DNA of 64,000 bases, taken from the NCBI GenBank assembly GCA_964568395.1, contig CAZMPN010000001.1, positions 1,133 through 65,132 of the forward strand, read 5' to 3'. The position numbers and the translations under genes were made by a program. The first letter of the stretch is position 1. Each line of letters opens with the position of its first letter. Of this stretch, positions 58,943-64,000 are shown piece after piece. The stretch comes from an uncultured Helicobacter sp. (GTDB lineage: Bacteria > Campylobacterota > Campylobacteria > Campylobacterales > UBA6016). The notes under the pieces are model-generated. The model had not been told where the DNA came from and did not search any database. It worked only from the letters and a program-made list of their open reading frames with translations.

Positions 58943-59545
58943 ATGATACTTCTAGGACACAACGGAGCCGGCAAAAGCACGCTCATCAACTACATGCTCG
59001 GATTTTATCCGTCCATTCATTCACATCCGTATTTGGCGGAATTGGCAAAAGAGATAGAAAGGATAGACCCTTTATCCGTCGGCTACGCGCCGGAGGCGGC
59101 CCTGCTTGACGGCGGCTTGTCGGCCGCGGACTACTTCGCGCTTTTGGCGACCAACAAGTGCATAAAAGAGTATGACGCTGATCAGGAGCTTTCAAAAGTC
59201 GGACTAAAGATAGGCAAACAAGAGAAAATAAAAAAATACTCCAAGGGGATGAAGCAAAGACTGCTTCTGGCACTCTCGCTTTTTGGCTCCCCAAAGACCG
59301 TGATACTGGATGAGCCCACATCCGGACTGGATCCATTCGGCAAAGAGGAGCTGGAAGGATATCTGCTCTCCGTCAAGGAAGAGACCAACTTCATCATCTC
59401 CACCCACTCCTTGGAGTTCGCATACAGGTTTGAAAAAGAGATATGGATACTAAAAGAGGGAAGGGTGGCGTACAAAGGCCGTCCGTCAAGCCTAGACGAG
59501 CTGTACGCCCTATTTTTGGCGAATAGGCCGTGGGTATCGGTATGA
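58943..59545 (+). CDS. ABC transporter ATP-binding protein lacking the usual N-terminal ~30 aa
   Basis: 200 aa. Walker A starts at residue 6 (GHNGAGKST). Signature YSKGMKQR, Walker B ILDEPTSGLD and H-loop STHS are all present. Confidence 0.8.
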   Translation: MILLGHNGAGKSTLINYMLGFYPSIHSHPYLAELAKEIERIDPLSVGYAPEAALLDGGLSAADYFALLATNKCIKEYDADQELSKVGLKIGKQEKIKKYSKGMKQRLLLALSLFGSPKTVILDEPTSGLDPFGKEELEGYLLSVKEETNFIISTHSLEFAYRFEKEIWILKEGRVAYKGRPSSLDELYALFLANRPWVSV

Positions 59546-60297
59546 AACTAGCCGCAACCGCAAAATTTATAATAAAATCGTTGATAGCCGAGAGAGCTAC
59601 GGGGCTTTTCGCGGTCGTAGCCCTGATATTGCTGGCTCTCTCTCTTTCCCTTAGCGATATCAACATAGCCGTAAAATACAGGCTGTTAGAAGACGCGCTT
59701 TTTGCGTCGCAAAGCTTCATGATGAACCTCGCGGCGATTTTCTATGCGTTTTTGGCGATGGAAAAAGAGAGAAAAGGCGGCATATTCGTCTTTATCATAT
59801 CGTCCGGCACGTCCAGAAGCGGCTATCTGCTCTCCCAGTTCGGCGCTATTTTTACGCTTATCTCGACGGTATTCGCGATATTTTTGGCGGTGGATTTCGG
59901 ATTTTTGAGCGCTTTTGCCGACTCGGTGAAGCCGGATTTTTTGGCAAAGCTTCTCTTCTCGGCCATGTCGGCGTCCATGCTCGGATTTTTGACGCTATTT
60001 TTATCTAGATTCGTATCGAACACAAATGCGGTCATATACGCCATCTTTTTGTTCTTTATAGGAAACGGCGCGGATGAGCTGATGCTCTATGCGGCGGATA
60101 AAAACAGCTTGGCGCTTGAGATTTTGGCGAATATAGTCTATTTTGGATTACCGAACTTCTCGTTTTTCGACCCGCTGGCGCTAAAAACCGCCATTTCAAA
60201 AGAGCTTTTCGTCCCGCTATACTTCGCGATATATTCCACTCTTATGTTTGGCGCGGCGCTATTTAGACTCAAAAAAGAGGTTTTAAGAGTTGGCTAG
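59530..60297 (+). CDS. ABC-2-type transporter permease (6 TM)
   Basis: 255 aa, GTG start overlapping the ATPase stop by 16 nt. Six hydrophobic segments and no other motif. Confidence 0.6.
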   Translation: MGIGMKLAATAKFIIKSLIAERATGLFAVVALILLALSLSLSDINIAVKYRLLEDALFASQSFMMNLAAIFYAFLAMEKERKGGIFVFIISSGTSRSGYLLSQFGAIFTLISTVFAIFLAVDFGFLSAFADSVKPDFLAKLLFSAMSASMLGFLTLFLSRFVSNTNAVIYAIFLFFIGNGADELMLYAADKNSLALEILANIVYFGLPNFSFFDPLALKTAISKELFVPLYFAIYSTLMFGAALFRLKKEVLRVG

Positions 60298-60952
60298 AGC
60301 TTTTTTATTGCAGCTATCGGCCCTTGCGGCTCTTTTTTTGATATTCGCGCCGACCCCCAAGGAGCAAAAAAGCGCAAGCAGCTTTATATATTCAAACCCG
60401 TTAATCTCAAAAGCGGCGCTAGGCGCCGTAAGCCCGCTGGCGGCCGATTTTGCCTGGCTGGAATCCACGAAGATAGGAGAGATGGGCAGAGGCGGCAGCG
60501 AAAAGGTCGATAAAAACGAGATAAAAACGGCCTTTTTGACGATAGCCTCGCTTGACCCGACATTTTTCCACGCAATCAACTACGGGACGACTTTTTTGTC
60601 GACGATAGCAAAAGACAAAGAAGCGGCTTTTGTCATCCTGGACAGGGCGATAGCGGAAAACAAAGACGATTTTAGGCTCTACTATCTCAAACTCATAACG
60701 GAACTGACGGCGGACAATCCGGACAAAAAAACCGTCAAGGAGCTTGCGAAGATCGTATTTTTGCATCCAGAATTTACAGGCGTATTCGGAGTAATGAAGA
60801 TAGACGATTTTGTTTTGGAGCTGCTCTCTTTCAGCGAAAACGAAGAGGCAAAGAAGAAGCATCTGAAAGACGAACTGCTTTGGCTGCACAAAAACACCAA
60901 AGACAAAAATAAAAAAGCGCTTATCGAATCAAAACTCAGAGAGCTGAATTGA
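60290..60952 (+). CDS. Exported helical-repeat (TPR-like) hypothetical protein
   Basis: 220 aa, TTG start. Signal-peptide-like N-terminus (LQLSALAALFLIFAPTP) followed by predicted all-helical sequence. Overlaps both neighbours. Confidence 0.45.
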   Translation: MARAFLLQLSALAALFLIFAPTPKEQKSASSFIYSNPLISKAALGAVSPLAADFAWLESTKIGEMGRGGSEKVDKNEIKTAFLTIASLDPTFFHAINYGTTFLSTIAKDKEAAFVILDRAIAENKDDFRLYYLKLITELTADNPDKKTVKELAKIVFLHPEFTGVFGVMKIDDFVLELLSFSENEEAKKKHLKDELLWLHKNTKDKNKKALIESKLRELN

Positions 60953-62784
60953 ACTACTACGAAATAGCCCTGATAGGCCATAACCTTGCGGCGCTGACAT
61001 TTGAAAGCGAAGAGGCGATAGAAGAGGGTAGGGCGGTGTGCGTGGACGTAGCCAGAAAAAGAAAAAACGGAATAGTCGTCAAAAAAACCGATAAGCCGGA
61101 GTTTAAAACCAGCCCTATCGTAGAAGTTACGGATCTGTTTTTGTCAAAAGAGCAGATGGAGCTCGCCCGTTTTATCTCTTCTTACTACGTATGCGAACTT
61201 GGGATCGCTCTGTCTCTTTTCGAGCCTTTTGCGAGCGGCGGCAAGCCACATACGGCGATAAAGACCGCCACCGACATAGAGCTAAGCGCCGAACAGTCAA
61301 GAGCCTACGAGTTCGTAAAACAAAACGATATATCGCTACTTTTTGGGGATACCGGAAGCGGAAAGACCGAAATCTATATGAGGCTCATCGAAGAGTGCGT
61401 CAATAGCGGCAAAAGCGTCATATTCTTGATGCCGGAAATCAGCTTGACGCCGCAGATGCTAAAAAGACTAAAGGCAAAATTCGGCGATGCGGTCGGAGTG
61501 TGGCACTCGAAACAGACCAAAAAAACAAGAAACGAGACCCTTCAAAAGATACTGGACGGCACGATAAGAATAGTGGCCGGACCCAGATCGGCGCTATTTT
61601 TGCCGCTGCAAAACATAGGGCTTATCATCGTGGACGAGGAGCACGACGACTCTTATAAGTCGGGCTCCAGCCCAAGATACAACGCCAAGGATATGGCGAT
61701 ACTGTACGCAAAAACGTTAAAGGCAAAATGCGTCCTCGGCTCCGCTACGCCCTCCTTGTCAAGCTACAAGAACTATCCGTTTTTTAGGCTCAAGACGACT
61801 TTTTTTAGCGGCAAGAAAGAGTTCGTTTTTGAAGCGAAAGAGACCGATATAGACAACTTCGTAACTTCAAACATAGACAAAACCGTAAAACAAGGCTCAC
61901 AGGCGATCATATTTTTGCCGACGCGCGCAAACTTCAAATATATGGTGTGCAAAAGCTGCGGGAAAGGGGTGGAGTGTCCTTTTTGTTCGGTTTCGATGAG
62001 TCTGCACCTAAACGACTCCACGATGAAGTGCCACTACTGCGGATACACGGAAAAAATAGATTATAGCTGCAAGGAGTGCGGACACGGCGAACTCGGGGTA
62101 TTCCGGATGGGAACGCAAGAGGCGATAGACAGACTAATGGAGTCGCTACCGTCGGTAAGCGTCAAAAAATTCGACCGCGACGAAATAACGACCCAAAAAA
62201 AACTCGAAAGCACCTTAAAAGAGTTCGAAGAGAAAAAAATATCGGTACTAGTAGGTACGCAGATGCTCTCGAAAGGACACGACTATCACGGCGTAAAGCT
62301 GGCAATCATACTAGGGCTTGACAGCATACTGTCGCAAAACGATTTTAGGGCCAGAGAGAGGGCGCTATCGTTGCTAATACAGATAGCCGGCAGGGCGGGG
62401 CGCAAAGAGGACGCCAAAATAATAGTACAGACGCTAAACGGGGAGTTTTTCAAAAACTATGTAGCCGACTATGAGCTGTTTTTGAAAGACGAGCTCCCCC
62501 TTAGAGGCTCCCTGTATCCGCCGCACATTAGAATGGCTAGGCTTTTGTTCGCCGACAAGAACAGGGAGAGGGCGGAGTCGAATATGCGCCGCATCGCGAA
62601 AAAACTGGAAAATACAGGAATCGAGATAGTAGGTTTCGGAGAGGCTCCGATAAACAAAATAGCCGAAAAGCATAGATTTGATATACTCATCAGAGACCCG
62701 TCGGCGACCAAGCTTTTGTCCGCGATCTACTCGGTGGACGACAAAAGTTTCGAAGTCGACATGGATCCGGTTTCATTTTCTTAG
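60949..62784 (+). CDS. priA: Primosomal replication-restart helicase PriA
   Basis: 611 aa, TTG start in a TTGA overlap. Walker A GDTGSGKTEIY, VDEEHD, and a Cys-rich zinc insert CKSCGKGVECPFCSVSMSLH...CHYCG...CKECG. Confidence 0.93.
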   Translation: MNYYEIALIGHNLAALTFESEEAIEEGRAVCVDVARKRKNGIVVKKTDKPEFKTSPIVEVTDLFLSKEQMELARFISSYYVCELGIALSLFEPFASGGKPHTAIKTATDIELSAEQSRAYEFVKQNDISLLFGDTGSGKTEIYMRLIEECVNSGKSVIFLMPEISLTPQMLKRLKAKFGDAVGVWHSKQTKKTRNETLQKILDGTIRIVAGPRSALFLPLQNIGLIIVDEEHDDSYKSGSSPRYNAKDMAILYAKTLKAKCVLGSATPSLSSYKNYPFFRLKTTFFSGKKEFVFEAKETDIDNFVTSNIDKTVKQGSQAIIFLPTRANFKYMVCKSCGKGVECPFCSVSMSLHLNDSTMKCHYCGYTEKIDYSCKECGHGELGVFRMGTQEAIDRLMESLPSVSVKKFDRDEITTQKKLESTLKEFEEKKISVLVGTQMLSKGHDYHGVKLAIILGLDSILSQNDFRARERALSLLIQIAGRAGRKEDAKIIVQTLNGEFFKNYVADYELFLKDELPLRGSLYPPHIRMARLLFADKNRERAESNMRRIAKKLENTGIEIVGFGEAPINKIAEKHRFDILIRDPSATKLLSAIYSVDDKSFEVDMDPVSFS

Positions 62785-62793
62785 GAGAGATTT

Positions 62794-64000
62794 TTGAAAA
62801 CAAGCAAAACCCAAAACAACGCTTCAAAAACATATATCGTAGACACATCCGTAATTTTGGATGACGCCGCAAACATATTCGCCCTGTCTCAAGAGGGAAG
62901 CAACAAGGTAGTAATACCGGAAACGGTGCTAGATGAGATAGACGCGAAGAAAAGCGGCTTTGGGGATATAAACTTTCAAGCTAGGGAATTCAACCGGATA
63001 ATGGACGAAGCTGTCGTGCTCGGAGAAGACGACGAAACTAGAGATGGATATAGCCTCAGGACGGTTCGCGTCAAATTAGGTAGCTCGACATTCGACCTCG
63101 TATCAAAGACATCTTACAAAACACTAACTAGCCACGATGCGCCGAACATCATAAACGACAGAAAAATACTCGAAATAGCGGCTTGTTTTGAAGGCTCCGA
63201 AGTCGTAACGAACGACATAGCGATGAAGCTAAGGGCGCTCTCGATGGGGCTCAAATCGCAGCCGTTCAAGACAAACCGCATAGACGATATCGAGAAGCTG
63301 GAGTTTGTGGAAAAGATAAATATCAAACAAGCCCAAAAAGAGTTTATCGAAAGCTCAAGCCCTAGCGACTACGGTCTGGAGCTGTCGCACTTCACAAATA
63401 TAGAGTTTATCGTCGAGGAAACCGGGGAGCATATACTGGCATTCTACAAACCGACCGGCTTTCACATAATAGACGAGGACGAGATAAGAAAACTTGTCGT
63501 CAAGCCCAAAAACAAAGAGCAGCTCTTTTTCCTAAATATGCTAACGGATCCGGATGTGCCTATAGTGGTATGCGCCGGCGTTACGGGAAGCGGTAAAAAC
63601 CTTCTTGCCATGCAAGGCGCCGTCAAAAGCTTTCAAGAGGAGTTCGTAGACGAGGTCAAATACTGCAGGAATACGGTAACAGCCGGCGATACGGCGGCGC
63701 AACTAGGCTTTCTGAAAGGCGACGAGGCTACGAAGCTAGGCGTGTTTACATATCCGCTATACGATGCGATATCGGGCTATATGAGGATAGAGATGGACGA
63801 CAGGCTCAAAAGAAGCAAGGCCGCCGACTTTATGACGAACGAAGATTTCCTGAAAAAATACAACATTGAAGCAATCAACATCAACCAGATGAGGGGCGTA
63901 AACCTAGAGGGATACCTCATATTCGACGAGTGGCAAAACAGCTCTCCGGCGATAAACAAGCTGATGCTTACCCGTGTCGTAGACGGCAGTAAGGTCATAA
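62794..64000 (+). CDS. PIN-domain-containing PhoH-like ATPase (YlaK type), 5' ~400 codons; continues past the window end
   Basis: Absent from the ORF track because it is open at the window edge. TTG 62794 follows AGGAGAG. My translation gives an N-terminal PIN domain (TYIVDTSVILDD...VIPETVLDEID...NDRKILEIA) and then a PhoH P-loop (VVCAGVTGSGKN). Confidence 0.85.
   Translation, partial: MKTSKTQNNASKTYIVDTSVILDDAANIFALSQEGSNKVVIPETVLDEIDAKKSGFGDINFQAREFNRIMDEAVVLGEDDETRDGYSLRTVRVKLGSSTFDLVSKTSYKTLTSHDAPNIINDRKILEIAACFEGSEVVTNDIAMKLRALSMGLKSQPFKTNRIDDIEKLEFVEKINIKQAQKEFIESSSPSDYGLELSHFTNIEFIVEETGEHILAFYKPTGFHIIDEDEIRKLVVKPKNKEQLFFLNMLTDPDVPIVVCAGVTGSGKNLLAMQGAVKSFQEEFVDEVKYCRNTVTAGDTAAQLGFLKGDEATKLGVFTYPLYDAISGYMRIEMDDRLKRSKAADFMTNEDFLKKYNIEAININQMRGVNLEGYLIFDEWQNSSPAINKLMLTRVVDGSKVI

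Noticed and set aside
1-64000. CRISPR arrays, rRNA/tRNA genes, IS elements, prophage or toxin-antitoxin/defence cassettes
   Set aside because: All intergenic gaps are under ~150 bp and none shows repeat-spacer periodicity or a cloverleaf-sized GC-rich segment. No transposase, phage structural gene or typical defence gene was recognised among the ORFs. A tRNAscan/Infernal run and a defence-system HMM scan would be needed to be certain.

Overview
This is a compact, almost fully coding chromosomal segment. It has about 60 CDSs, most intergenic gaps are under 150 bp, and many start/stop overlaps are 1-25 nt. It reads as core genome of a Campylobacter-type epsilonproteobacterium (Campylobacterota). 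The basis is protein motifs plus gene orders I recognise from C. jejuni and H. pylori: lysA-HAD-pheA-hisC-fliF-fliG-fliH-dxs, ctc-pth-lptF/G, ispDF-atypical response regulator-Sat-like-pgpA, and ksgA followed by an RNase J with a long N-terminal tail. GC looks mid-40s % by eye (not computed), which suggests a non-jejuni species such as the C. curvus/rectus/showae/concisus group; this is inference. I found no rRNA, tRNA, CRISPR array, transposase, prophage or recognisable defence island, so I cannot point to one clear-cut novel system. Most of the window is ordinary housekeeping. The pockets that are not ordinary are listed here. (1) A translationally chained run miaB-DUF374-short tyrosine recombinase-three PilM/N/O-like proteins (22.2-25.8 kb). 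(2) A Maf-family glycosyltransferase-type gene divergently paired with a Ser/Thr-rich type IV pilin-like gene (56.2-58.9 kb). It is followed by an ABC ATPase lacking its N-terminus, an ABC-2 permease and an exported helical protein, all chained to priA. (3) A chemoreceptor whose periplasmic sensor carries a CXXCH haem-c motif, next to an arsC-arsR-arsB operon (30.1-33.9 kb). (4) A stand-alone PilT ATPase (15.1 kb). (5) An HP1021/Cj1608-like receiver protein lacking the phospho-acceptor Asp, overlapping a degenerate ATP-sulfurylase-like gene (51.6-53.7 kb). All identity calls rest on motif and synteny recognition by eye. No BLAST, HMM or structure search could be run, and coordinates of alternative starts are my own reading of the sequence.
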